Below are positions 1 to 9,573 of a stretch of DNA of 63,403 nt, in pieces. The stretch's first letter is position 1. Each line of letters opens with the position of its first letter. The DNA comes from Euryarchaeota archaeon UBA439 (lineage in GTDB: Archaea > Thermoplasmatota > Poseidoniia > Poseidoniales > Thalassarchaeaceae): contig DANB01000016.1 of NCBI GenBank assembly GCA_002497245.1, positions 1-63,403 of the forward strand, written 5' to 3'. The position numbers and the translations under genes are program-made. Below the pieces are notes generated by a model. That model saw only the letters and a list, made by a program, of their open reading frames with translations, was not told where the DNA came from and ran no database searches.

Positions 1-1
1 G

Positions 2-271
2 TTCAATGGAATCATGACCTCAATTGCACTTGAGACCTTCATCTTAATCAAACAGATGGGGGGAATTAGAGAAGCATTCAGAGTAGCTATTGGAATGTCT
101 CTTATTTCGATGATAGCGATGGAATCCTCGATGAATGCTACAGATATTCTAATCATGGGAGAGCCTACATTGACATGGTGGGTAATTCCGATTATGTTGT
201 TCGTAGGATTCATTACTCCATGGCCATACAACTATTGGCGTCTAAAGAAGTATGGAGTTTCATGCCATTAA
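2..271 (+). CDS. C-terminal fragment of an integral membrane protein (DUF4396-like); 5' end lies outside the window
   Basis: The frame is open from base 2. Hydrophobic helices (WWVIPIMLFVGFITPW) and a YNYWRLKKYGVSCH tail. Family assignment is from memory only. Confidence 0.5.
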   Translation, partial: FNGIMTSIALETFILIKQMGGIREAFRVAIGMSLISMIAMESSMNATDILIMGEPTLTWWVIPIMLFVGFITPWPYNYWRLKKYGVSCH

Positions 272-284
272 GAGAGTGATAATT

Positions 285-1058
285 ATGAGCGATTGGGATT
301 ACTTAGCTGAAGATATCTCAAATTGGATTTTGAAATATGCTGAACAAAATAATATTTCGACTCTAGTAGTTGGTGTTTCAGGAGGTATTGATTCAGCAGT
401 AACATCAACTCTTTGCGCAAAAACTGGAATTAATACAATCGTAATTAATATGCCAATTAATCAAGATGTGTCTCAATATGATCTTTCAAATCAACATATT
501 GAATGGTTGACTTCAAAGTGGAGTAATGTAGAAAGTCATATTATTGATTTAACAGAGACTTACGAGGTTTTCCATTCCAAATTAAACGATTTTAATGTTT
601 CAGAGCTTTCAATGGCTAATACTAGAGCCAGACTTAGAATGGCAACTCTTTATGCTTTAGCAGGTTCAAACAATGGTATCGTTGTAGGAACAGGAAACAA
701 GGTTGAAGACTTTGGAGTAGGATTTTTCACCAAATATGGAGATGGCGGGGTAGATATCTCGCCTATAGCGGATCTTTACAAATCAGAAGTATACTCATTA
801 GCGGAATCCTTACAGATAATTCAATCTATTCAAGATGCTTCTCCGACGGATGGGCTTTGGAGTGATGGAAGAACTGACGAAGATCAGATAGGTGCTACAT
901 ATGAAGAATTAGAATGGGCGATGAATGAAATTGAAAACCCATTACCTGAGAAGATACAGAATGAGAGACTCGCAGAAGTAATGAGAATATATTTGAAATT
1001 TAATCGAATGAATTCTCATAAAATGAACCCCATCCCTATTTTCAAGTTCAATCGTTAG
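285..1058 (+). CDS. nadE: NH3-dependent NAD+ synthetase
   Basis: PP-loop VVGVSGGIDSAV, then NTRARLRM, GTGNKVEDFGVGFFTKYGDGG and PIADLYKSEV. Start moved to ATG 285, after the upstream stop at 269-271, with purine-rich GAGTGA upstream. Confidence 0.9.
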   Translation: MSDWDYLAEDISNWILKYAEQNNISTLVVGVSGGIDSAVTSTLCAKTGINTIVINMPINQDVSQYDLSNQHIEWLTSKWSNVESHIIDLTETYEVFHSKLNDFNVSELSMANTRARLRMATLYALAGSNNGIVVGTGNKVEDFGVGFFTKYGDGGVDISPIADLYKSEVYSLAESLQIIQSIQDASPTDGLWSDGRTDEDQIGATYEELEWAMNEIENPLPEKIQNERLAEVMRIYLKFNRMNSHKMNPIPIFKFNR

Positions 1059-1089
1059 ATTAAAGAACAAATGATTCTATCACTCTCAT

Positions 1090-1614
1090 ATGGAATCATC
1101 CATCGGATATGCTGATAGCGGCCATAAAATGGCAGTAGAGTTTGATAGAAAAATAATTATTTATTGGTGGATGACTACTAACTTAACGCTCCTTTCAACA
1201 GTAATTGGAATACCTGTGATGATATTCTGGCTACCATTTGGCTGGATTATTCATCAAAAACAGTATGAACATATGTCGGCTGCTCTAACTGATCGTTCAG
1301 TAAATATGCGTATGGGATGGCTTTTCAAGAAACAGCAGAACATACCTCTAGACAAACTAACAGATGTTTCAATTCATGAGGGCCCAATACTCAATGCATT
1401 TGGTGTTGTTAGAATGCAATTTGAAACTGCAGGAGCCGCTCCATTCATTTTGACAGGGGTAAAAAATTCTGAAAAATTCCGCGATTTGGTATTGGAGCAG
1501 AGAGATTCTTTAGTCTCTAACCCAATTGTCAATAATTCAAATCTAGGTTCCGAGGATGTTTTTGTTGAAATTAGAGATTTATTGAAAAGTATTGATTCTA
1601 AACTTAGTGAATAA
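1090..1614 (+). CDS. Membrane protein with bacterial-type PH (bPH_2/YdbS-like) domain
   Basis: N-terminal hydrophobic hairpin followed by IPLDKLTDVSIHEGPILNAFGVVRMQFETAG, typical of bPH_2 domains. Confidence 0.6.
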   Translation: MESSIGYADSGHKMAVEFDRKIIIYWWMTTNLTLLSTVIGIPVMIFWLPFGWIIHQKQYEHMSAALTDRSVNMRMGWLFKKQQNIPLDKLTDVSIHEGPILNAFGVVRMQFETAGAAPFILTGVKNSEKFRDLVLEQRDSLVSNPIVNNSNLGSEDVFVEIRDLLKSIDSKLSE

Positions 1615-2184
1615 TTACCAAGGAAATTTCACAGACCAAATTATTAGGTCATTTAGTATACATTGTATAGAAATCATAAATGCACCTAATATCATTAATT
1701 CTGAGCTCTGAACTCCGTCAAGATATGCGCTATAAGCCAGTAATCCTAACATTATGTTTCCAATTGAAGTCAATAATAATGTTCCAATTACTATTATTGG
1801 AGTCCATGAATATTCATTTGATAAATGAAATGATGTGCTTTCAAGCCACAAAGCTGAAGGTATCAAGAATAGAACGTATGCAAGTAGTAACCTTTCCATA
1901 CCTGAGCCATCAGAATCTGACCAGGGCCATCTTAGATTTTCTAATTCTAATATCTCTAGTTGGAATAAGGCAATCCACCAGTAAATCAGGTATCCTAGGG
2001 CTGCAACAAACATAAATGGCACAATATATCTCTGCCATGAATCTGGAATTCCTCCCCATAATTTCATCGGATCCGTTGATTTTGAAACACCGTAAACATA
2101 TGATAAAAGTACAATCAAACCACTAACAATTGTAAAAATCCGTATAAAGTCTCTCGATACGTCCATGTTTATCGTAGAAGACAA
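1615..2184 (-). CDS. Polytopic membrane protein, unknown family
   Basis: 189-aa ORF with several hydrophobic helices. It fills the gap between flanking genes. Confidence 0.55.
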   Translation of the reverse strand: MSSTINMDVSRDFIRIFTIVSGLIVLLSYVYGVSKSTDPMKLWGGIPDSWQRYIVPFMFVAALGYLIYWWIALFQLEILELENLRWPWSDSDGSGMERLLLAYVLFLIPSALWLESTSFHLSNEYSWTPIIVIGTLLLTSIGNIMLGLLAYSAYLDGVQSSELMILGAFMISIQCILNDLIIWSVKFPW

Positions 2185-2251
2185 TCATTCATAATGAATT
2201 GTTCATCAATGTATTACAAAGTACCAATACCAAAGACTTCCCCCAAAGTTC

Positions 2252-2809
2252 ATGGTTGAAACTTTGGAGGAGCCCAAGTATCAATTAATTAGTGATTATG
2301 AAGATTTTGAGATCCGACTCTACAGCGAAGTTATTCAAGCCCAAGTTTCTAGAGAAATCGGGAAAAATTTTACTCCCTCAAATAACTTTAGAATTATAGC
2401 CGGATATATTTTTGGAAACAATAAATCTAACGAAAAAATTGCTATGACTTCTCCGGTGGAAATGTGGGATAATAAATCAACTATGAATATGGCATTTACT
2501 ATGCCTTCAGAATATAGTTTTACGAATTTACCCGAACCTAATGATTCAAAAGTTAAAATCGTTAAGGTTCCTGAGAGATTAGTTGCAGTAAAGAGATTTT
2601 CAGGCTTTTACGGTTCTAAGAAAGTAAGTAAAATAGTCAGAAAACTGAATAAATCATTAATAGAAAGAAGTTTCAAACCTAATGGAGGTTATATTCTAGC
2701 AGTTTATGACCCCCCCACTAGGTTACCATTTCTCAGAAGGAACGAGATTTTAATCCCGATTAAAGAAATAAGTTATTCAGAAGAAATAGGTTCAGGGGAG
2801 TTATTATGA
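2252..2809 (+). CDS. SOUL/HBP heme-binding family protein
   Basis: FRIIAGYIFGNNKSNEKIAMTSPV core, and C-terminal YDPP..RRNEILIP, typical of the SOUL family. Confidence 0.7.
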   Translation: MVETLEEPKYQLISDYEDFEIRLYSEVIQAQVSREIGKNFTPSNNFRIIAGYIFGNNKSNEKIAMTSPVEMWDNKSTMNMAFTMPSEYSFTNLPEPNDSKVKIVKVPERLVAVKRFSGFYGSKKVSKIVRKLNKSLIERSFKPNGGYILAVYDPPTRLPFLRRNEILIPIKEISYSEEIGSGELL

Positions 2810-3522
2810 GCATGCAGAGATGTGGTGAGGATGAAGTCTTGACATCTATTGAAGATGGTGAAGATGTTAGTTTAATTTTAATAAAAAGAGATACTCAATC
2901 ACCACTAATTAGTAAGATATTGAATTATGCTGATGAATTAGCGATTAAAGTGATTTATGGTTCAGAAAATGATTTATGGCGTATGTCCAGATCTACTTCA
3001 AATGGTATCCCTGACGTTCTATGTTTAGTTGGCCGTAATCCTGAATCCTCATTGAAGGAGGTACTATCCAAAGGGGGATTAGTCTGGTTGCTTGCAGGTG
3101 CATCTTACCCAGTTAATATTGGCTTTTGCATAAGAACTGCTGAAGTTTCAGGTGCTGATGCCGTAATCATCGATGCTGAATTAAATAATCAAGAAAGAAG
3201 TGCAGCAAAACGAGCATCAATGAAGGCTCACAGATTCTTACCTGTTTTTTGGACTTCCGGCCTAGAGTCGATATTAATGGCTAAGGAACATGGATTTAGA
3301 ATAATCTCAGTAGAAGACGTTGGCGATTCTGCTCCATGGGATATTGATATGACCGGAGATATTGTTTTAATTGTAGGTGGGGAGAGAAACGGCATCTCTG
3401 AAAAAATTTTAGCACAGTCGGATGAAATTATTAGAATTCCAATGTCTGGTTTTGTTCCTTCGTTTAATTTACAGGCTCCATTAAGTTATGTTGCCATAGA
3501 GGCTCAGAGACAGAGAAGTTGA
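2806..3522 (+). CDS. SpoU/TrmH-family RNA 2'-O-methyltransferase
   Basis: IVLIVGGERNGISEKIL and IRIPMSGFVPSFNLQAPLS, the SPOUT knot motifs. ATGA overlap with the upstream gene. Confidence 0.85.
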   Translation: MSMQRCGEDEVLTSIEDGEDVSLILIKRDTQSPLISKILNYADELAIKVIYGSENDLWRMSRSTSNGIPDVLCLVGRNPESSLKEVLSKGGLVWLLAGASYPVNIGFCIRTAEVSGADAVIIDAELNNQERSAAKRASMKAHRFLPVFWTSGLESILMAKEHGFRIISVEDVGDSAPWDIDMTGDIVLIVGGERNGISEKILAQSDEIIRIPMSGFVPSFNLQAPLSYVAIEAQRQRS

Positions 3523-3578
3523 TTATTTTCTTAATTTTACCTTTATGATTTATTGAGTCTCTGTACTACCCAGTGATT

Positions 3579-5324
3579 ATGAATGTACCAAGCGAGTTAA
3601 TTTCGATGCTCGTCGGCGAACATGGTACAACTAAACAGAAAGCAGCCAGACTTGTCATAGACCTTGCATCTAGTGCGGGAGCAACTGACTTCGTCCGCTG
3701 TGAGCATTCCCACGTTTCGGGAGTAAGTGTAATTACTGGCGGACATGGGCTTCGTCGCTTTCTTTCAGATTTAGCTGGAGACGATAGAGGAACTGTTTCA
3801 ATACCCACCACTCTTAATTCAGCCGGCTGCGATAGAGAAAAAATGGAAGAGATGGAAATAGATTATCCAGACTTTTTGAAATACCAATTTGAAATAATTG
3901 ATGCTTATAATAATCTCGGAATTGATGCAACCTTATCCTGCACACCTTACGACAGAGGTATCGATTTAGCAGAAGGAATAGGTTCTTGGGCAGAATCCAA
4001 TGCAGTTTGTTTCTCTAATTCCTATACTTCTTTGATTACGAATAGAGAATCCGGTTTATCTGCGTTAGCAACAGCATTGACCGGGTGGGCCCCTCTTTGG
4101 GGACTCCATATCGAAAAAAATCGAGTTCCTAATATTCATGTCGTAGTTGAATGTTCAATGGATAATATTTCTGATTGGAGTGTATTAGGAGATTGGATTG
4201 GAAAGCAGATAAGACCTGAATGGAGAATGCCATGGGGGATGATGCCTCACATTTCTGGTCTTCCTAAACATGCGACTTTTGAAATGAGAAAAGCGTTGAC
4301 TGCAGCAGCAGCAAATTATGGTTGTCCAATGCTTTGGGCCGATGGTCATACTGTTAAACCACCAATTATTGATAATTATGAAGGAGAATTAGTATTTACA
4401 GAAAATGATTTACAACTCCGATATCATGAATTATCTCCGAAAGGTATTGTTGATCTTGTGGTAATTGGTTGCCCACAAGCTAGCGTTGGAGAAGTCAGAA
4501 CAACAGCATCTTATGTCCGTTCTAAGATGGAAAACGGCGAAACTATTCCCGATAAGCGCCTATGGATATTTACTAGTGGCCATAATTATGACATTCTAGA
4601 GTCTGATGGAACCATAGACTTGCTAGAAGAAGCAGGTGCATTAGTATTGAAAGATACATGTCCAGAAGTAACACCGTATAACAGAAATAAGTTTAATCAT
4701 ATTCTTACTAATTCTCTCAAAGCCGAACATTATTTGACTTCTGGATTGAATAAAATGCCAACGAGTGTTTCAACAATCTCTGAATGTGTAAATCATGCAT
4801 TTAATCCCAATTTAATTAACAGTCCAAGGCCAACGTTAGAATCAACTAAAGTCAAACCAATGTTTTCTAATAAGGAGCACAGAAATGGTTCCTTGGAGAT
4901 AAATGGTAAGAGTCTCCCCAGCCAAAAAGAATGGTCTATAGAAGGGCGTGCCCTAGTAACTGATGTCCCAATAACATATCTTGGATACGTAAATAGGGAT
5001 ACTGGAGTAATTGAAGAGAGAGGACATCCATTAGACGGTATAGCAATAGAAGATACTATTTTGATATATCCAAAAGGTTCTGGGTCAACCGTTGCTCCGT
5101 TTGTATTAATGGGGTTGATATACACCGGTAAAGGTCCTAAGGCAATAATAAATTGCGATGTTTGCCCACTAACTTTACCTGCTGCTTCCTTGCTAAATGT
5201 CCCTTACGCTCATGGATTTGAACTAAATCCTACATTGGAAGTAAATACAGGAGACTACGTCTCAATCAAACTTAATGAAGAAGTTGTTAGTCTTTCAGTT
5301 ATATCTCGTGTAAGCGAGGATTGA
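3579..5324 (+). CDS. Fused aconitase-X (DUF521 large + DUF126 small/swivel) dehydratase
   Basis: The N-terminal ~400 aa is DUF521-like (HVSGVS, LNSAGCD). The C-terminus matches DUF126: GRALV..PITYLGYVNRDTGVI..HPLDG..ILIYPKGSGSTVAPFVLM..GKGPKAII. ATG 3579 preferred over GTG 3573. Confidence 0.8.
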   Translation: MNVPSELISMLVGEHGTTKQKAARLVIDLASSAGATDFVRCEHSHVSGVSVITGGHGLRRFLSDLAGDDRGTVSIPTTLNSAGCDREKMEEMEIDYPDFLKYQFEIIDAYNNLGIDATLSCTPYDRGIDLAEGIGSWAESNAVCFSNSYTSLITNRESGLSALATALTGWAPLWGLHIEKNRVPNIHVVVECSMDNISDWSVLGDWIGKQIRPEWRMPWGMMPHISGLPKHATFEMRKALTAAAANYGCPMLWADGHTVKPPIIDNYEGELVFTENDLQLRYHELSPKGIVDLVVIGCPQASVGEVRTTASYVRSKMENGETIPDKRLWIFTSGHNYDILESDGTIDLLEEAGALVLKDTCPEVTPYNRNKFNHILTNSLKAEHYLTSGLNKMPTSVSTISECVNHAFNPNLINSPRPTLESTKVKPMFSNKEHRNGSLEINGKSLPSQKEWSIEGRALVTDVPITYLGYVNRDTGVIEERGHPLDGIAIEDTILIYPKGSGSTVAPFVLMGLIYTGKGPKAIINCDVCPLTLPAASLLNVPYAHGFELNPTLEVNTGDYVSIKLNEEVVSLSVISRVSED

Positions 5325-7492
5325 TGACTGATAGTTGCTCCAGTCATGTTGTGAATACACGACCCAATCCTGACCCCTGTCGCCCTCAAGACAGAGGTAA
5401 GTTTGAAATTTTACAAAAAGATGGTTCCGCTAGAATTGGACGTTTACATACAAATCATGGCATGCTCAACACTCCGATGTTACTACCTGTTGTCAATCCT
5501 AATATTAGGACCATTGAACCTAGGGAAATGTGGGAAAAATATCGAGTTGATGGATTAATTACGAATTCTTATGTGATTTGGAAACATGATGATTTAAGTG
5601 AATCTGCATTAGAGAATGGGGTACATGAACTAATTAACTTCCCTGGAGTTATAGTTACTGATTCCGGAACTTTTCAGTCATATGTTTATGGCGATGTAGA
5701 AGTTGGTGTAGAGGAGATTATCAATTTCCAAAGAGATATTGGCGTAGATATTGGAACCATGCTCGATGTTTTTGGTAGACCAGAAATGAGTCGAGAAGAA
5801 ATAGAGTCTGCTGTAGAAATTACTGCAGACAGGGCTCCAATTTCATTAGATTTAGCTGGAGATGATTTACTATTGAACGGGCCTATTCAAGGAGGTCTTC
5901 ATGATGATTTAAGGGCGTTAGCAGGCAAATTAATGGGTGAAGTTAATGGCACTAATGGAGGATTTACTATTCATCCAATAGGGGGCATAGTTCCTTTAAT
6001 GGAAAATCAGAGATATAAGGATCTTTTTCGAATACTTCTATCTGCCAAATCCACTCTCCCTCCAGATAGGCCAATTCATTTGTTTGGATGTGGTCATCCA
6101 TTACTATTCCCAATGTCAATAGCATTGGGAGTAGATATTTTTGACTCTGCTGCTTACGCACTTTTTGCTCGAGGAAACCGTTTACTAACACCTACTGGAA
6201 CAGTTCGTTTGGATGAGATTACTGAATGGCCCTGCAACTCTTCTGAATTATTTAAGTGGACTCCAGAGGAGGTCAGATCATTGGATAGTAAGGAACGTGA
6301 GAAAGTTCTAGCTAGACATAATCTAGAAGTCACTCAATCAGAGTTGGCTCGCTGCCGTGAATCAATTAGAAACGGTAAGATTTGGCAGTTAGCAGAAGAA
6401 AGAAGCCATTCTTCGGCTCAATTGAGGGAGGCATTCCTTTGGGTTCTTGATCAATTAGAAGATCCTGATGATGGCCCTGTTGGAGTTTCATCATTAAGGA
6501 TGATTTCTTCTACTAATCCTGTTAGAAAGGGTGGTGAAAATCTAGTAGAAGATATTGATGATAGGCCGCATATTCTTCACTTTAAATCTCTACTTGCATT
6601 AAGGTGGAGAATACCAGGTTCTTGGTGGGATGGCTCTCTAAGTGATCCTAAAAGAATAGTCATAATTGAAGGTGCTAGCCCTCCTTGGCGAGATAGCTCA
6701 CTACACACTATAGTTTCTCTATTAGAGGAAATTCCTGAGTCAATAATACTTATCTCTACTCCAATAGGGTTGATTCCTTACAGCTTAGAAGATGTATCTC
6801 CTTGGTCTCATATTGATGGTTCTGACGACATATGGGATTCTCCACTAGATGAAAATGAGATTTTTGACGAACTAATCGAATTAGAATTATCTCACATACC
6901 ATTCATTAGAATCACACCAGGTCCCATTTCTGAAACTGAAAATAGAAAAATAGAGGAAATTTATGATTGGATTGATAGATGTTCTATAGTTGATAAACTA
7001 TCAGTTCTAAACGGCTTATCCCCGTCTTTAGGTTGTAAGTTGACCATTGGGATGAATACTCGCAAGTCAAAAACAAGAAGGATGGTCAATGTTTATTCAG
7101 ATGATTTACATATTATTTCTCCCAGATTGAATGATGGTGGTATTTCTCTAACTCTAAATGGTGCTAAAATGATTAACGATTTATCTCCGGGAACACCAAT
7201 TCATTTCGGAGTAAAGTATGAAGGTGATGAATTAGATCATCCAGGTATTGCTAAGGTTATGATAGTAGATGATGCAATTCCATTTGTCGGTCAAGGTAAG
7301 AATGTCATGCAAGGTTATGTGTTAGGAGCAGATCCACATCTAATTCCTGGTCAGCCATGTCTAGTTGTAGATTCGAATGGAAGATTAGTAGCTCATGGTA
7401 TACCTATGACTACCGCAAGAGAGATGGCATTTTTGACAAAAGGAATTGCAGTAAGAATACGAGATGGAGCATTAAAAGATAAGAAGAATTAA
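5324..7492 (+). CDS. tgtA: Archaeosine tRNA-guanine transglycosylase (ArcTGT) with C-terminal PUA domain
   Basis: GRLHTNHGMLNTPMLLPVVNP, VVTDSGTFQ, LFGCGHP, ARHNL, and a PUA-like C-terminus (GQPCLVVDSNGRLVAHG). The ATG overlaps the upstream TGA (TGATG). Confidence 0.9.
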   Translation: MTDSCSSHVVNTRPNPDPCRPQDRGKFEILQKDGSARIGRLHTNHGMLNTPMLLPVVNPNIRTIEPREMWEKYRVDGLITNSYVIWKHDDLSESALENGVHELINFPGVIVTDSGTFQSYVYGDVEVGVEEIINFQRDIGVDIGTMLDVFGRPEMSREEIESAVEITADRAPISLDLAGDDLLLNGPIQGGLHDDLRALAGKLMGEVNGTNGGFTIHPIGGIVPLMENQRYKDLFRILLSAKSTLPPDRPIHLFGCGHPLLFPMSIALGVDIFDSAAYALFARGNRLLTPTGTVRLDEITEWPCNSSELFKWTPEEVRSLDSKEREKVLARHNLEVTQSELARCRESIRNGKIWQLAEERSHSSAQLREAFLWVLDQLEDPDDGPVGVSSLRMISSTNPVRKGGENLVEDIDDRPHILHFKSLLALRWRIPGSWWDGSLSDPKRIVIIEGASPPWRDSSLHTIVSLLEEIPESIILISTPIGLIPYSLEDVSPWSHIDGSDDIWDSPLDENEIFDELIELELSHIPFIRITPGPISETENRKIEEIYDWIDRCSIVDKLSVLNGLSPSLGCKLTIGMNTRKSKTRRMVNVYSDDLHIISPRLNDGGISLTLNGAKMINDLSPGTPIHFGVKYEGDELDHPGIAKVMIVDDAIPFVGQGKNVMQGYVLGADPHLIPGQPCLVVDSNGRLVAHGIPMTTAREMAFLTKGIAVRIRDGALKDKKN

Positions 7493-7568
7493 TCAGGTCT
7501 TGTAGGGGATTAATTCAAGAACGTGATTTATAACGAAGTTATGACACTCGCAGTGCGAAGGCGATTTT

Positions 7569-8567
7569 ATGAGTTCTATTTCTTCTAATAAATTGGTTAT
7601 TGAAACTGTAGACTTAGTAAAAATGTACGGCCCTCATGTTGCCTTAGAAGGCCTTAATCTTAAATTAGAATCAGGTGCTATTGGAATTCTAGGACCTAAT
7701 GGTGCTGGTAAATCTACTTTTTTCAAATGTATTTTAGGTCTTATTACAACTACATCTGGACAGGGCAAGGTTCTAGGTTATGATATTAAGACTCAGGGCG
7801 ATATTATTCGCTCTAGAATTGGATATATGCCTGAATATGACTCATTGGACCCAGAATTAACAGCTATTGACCAAGTACGTTATTCTGGAGAATTAATTGG
7901 TATGAATCCTGCACATGCTACACAAAGAGCTCATGAAGTATTGGAATATGTGGGTCTTAAAGATCAGAGATATAGGAAAATAGAAACATTTAGTACTGGA
8001 ATGAAACAAGCTGCTAAATTGGCCTGTGCTTTAATTCATGATCCTGAAATATTGATATGTGATGAACCAACAAATGGGCTAGATCAACGTTCAAGAGAAT
8101 TCATGTTACAGACACTAAGAAATACTGTACAGCAAGGAAATAGGACTGTATTAATGAGCGGACATGTAATGGATGATATTCAGGAAGTTTGCGATAGTAT
8201 TGTAATGATATATAAGGGCAAAATAGTAGTTCATAGTCGAATTGAGGAGTTGGCAAGACAAGTTGATGAAGAGATAGAAATTTCTGTATGGGGTGGTTCT
8301 TCTAGGATGCAAGAATCATTGGAATCTCGAGGCCTATCTGTTCGTCGTTTAGGCAGGATTATTAGAATCAAAGTCGAATCAGAAGACACGATCTCCGTTA
8401 TCTTAGAATGTGCGGTAGAGAGTGGAGTACAGGTCCGTAAGATGGGCGAATACGAACCTGACTTAGAAGATATTTTCTTGCTAATCATGGATAAGTTAGG
8501 TGCTGAAGTGAAGACAACCTCTGACTTGATGACTTCGGAACATACCGGAGGTACAAACAATGACTGA
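7569..8567 (+). CDS. ABC transporter ATP-binding protein (module 1)
   Basis: Walker A GPNGAGKST, signature FSTGMKQ, Walker B ILICDEPTNGLD. Confidence 0.9.
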   Translation: MSSISSNKLVIETVDLVKMYGPHVALEGLNLKLESGAIGILGPNGAGKSTFFKCILGLITTTSGQGKVLGYDIKTQGDIIRSRIGYMPEYDSLDPELTAIDQVRYSGELIGMNPAHATQRAHEVLEYVGLKDQRYRKIETFSTGMKQAAKLACALIHDPEILICDEPTNGLDQRSREFMLQTLRNTVQQGNRTVLMSGHVMDDIQEVCDSIVMIYKGKIVVHSRIEELARQVDEEIEISVWGGSSRMQESLESRGLSVRRLGRIIRIKVESEDTISVILECAVESGVQVRKMGEYEPDLEDIFLLIMDKLGAEVKTTSDLMTSEHTGGTNND

Positions 8568-9573
8568 GGATTTGATAGACTTAGATGGCGGTCAAACTCG
8601 AATGGAAGCTGCTTATGGTTCAGATGATGGTGATGAAGATCTTTTTGCTATTACTGCTAAGAGAGATGCATCAGTAGGTGAAATTTTCGAACAAAATTAT
8701 CGACCATGGGATGGCGATTTTGGGCCACGCTGGGTCAGAAATTATGCAATCTTTAGGCATCATGTATTTGGATTGTTTAGTTCGAAAGGGCATCGTAATT
8801 ATAATCCATTTATACGGCTTACCATTTTAGTGATTTTCATTGGCGCAATCTCTCCTATTGCTATGCTCTTTTTCTCGTCTTTGTTTGGAACTGGTCCAGA
8901 TGGTTTCATCGATAAAATGTGGGGTGTTAATAGGAGTAATCTTTGGGGTCAAGTATTGGGTTATTTCCCTAGAAATTTGTGTTATTGGCCACTTTTAACG
9001 GCACTTGTTGTGGGTGGAATGATTTCTGATGATAGAAGAAATGGGACTAGTGCTATATATTTCTCCCGGCCAGTTACTAGAGTAGATTATACAATGATGA
9101 AATATCTCAGTGTGGCTGTAGTTCTAGGATTTGTAATTGTTTTCTCATATATGTCATACTATACTTTAGCTATAGTTTTCAAAGGTGAAGGTTGGGGATT
9201 TTTAATTGATACTTTACCTATGTTTTTAGCCGGTCTATTATGTAGTATACTATTGGTAATCACATACACTTCCATAGGTCTCGCATTGTCTAGTATAAGC
9301 CAAAGTCGTTTTTTCTCCGCTATTGCATTTTTGAGCATAATATATGGGACCAAATTAGTTGCTTTATTGATTGATCTTCAGTTTGAAACATCGATATTAT
9401 ACATCTTAAGCCCATATGACTGCCTTGCTCATTTCGGACAGTGGATGTTGGGATTAGAACTAAATTATTCTCACTCTCTGTCATTATCTGTTGTATCTTT
9501 AATTTTAATGAATCTAGTATCAATTTTAGTATTAATTTCTAGAGTTAGTTCACTGGAGGTTACAAGAGAATGA
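8560..9573 (+). CDS. ABC-2 type permease (module 1)
   Basis: Acidic cytoplasmic N-terminus, then about 6 hydrophobic helices. Overlaps the upstream ATPase stop and the downstream ATPase start. Confidence 0.7.
   Translation: MTEDLIDLDGGQTRMEAAYGSDDGDEDLFAITAKRDASVGEIFEQNYRPWDGDFGPRWVRNYAIFRHHVFGLFSSKGHRNYNPFIRLTILVIFIGAISPIAMLFFSSLFGTGPDGFIDKMWGVNRSNLWGQVLGYFPRNLCYWPLLTALVVGGMISDDRRNGTSAIYFSRPVTRVDYTMMKYLSVAVVLGFVIVFSYMSYYTLAIVFKGEGWGFLIDTLPMFLAGLLCSILLVITYTSIGLALSSISQSRFFSAIAFLSIIYGTKLVALLIDLQFETSILYILSPYDCLAHFGQWMLGLELNYSHSLSLSVVSLILMNLVSILVLISRVSSLEVTRE

Noticed and set aside
1680-2015. 111-aa plus-strand ORF
   Set aside because: It is entirely antisense to the longer hydrophobic ORF 1615..2184, and its composition is not protein-like.
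3566-5125. Minus-strand ORFs 3566..3811 and 4793..5125
   Set aside because: They are antisense to the aconitase-X gene, which has strong family motifs.
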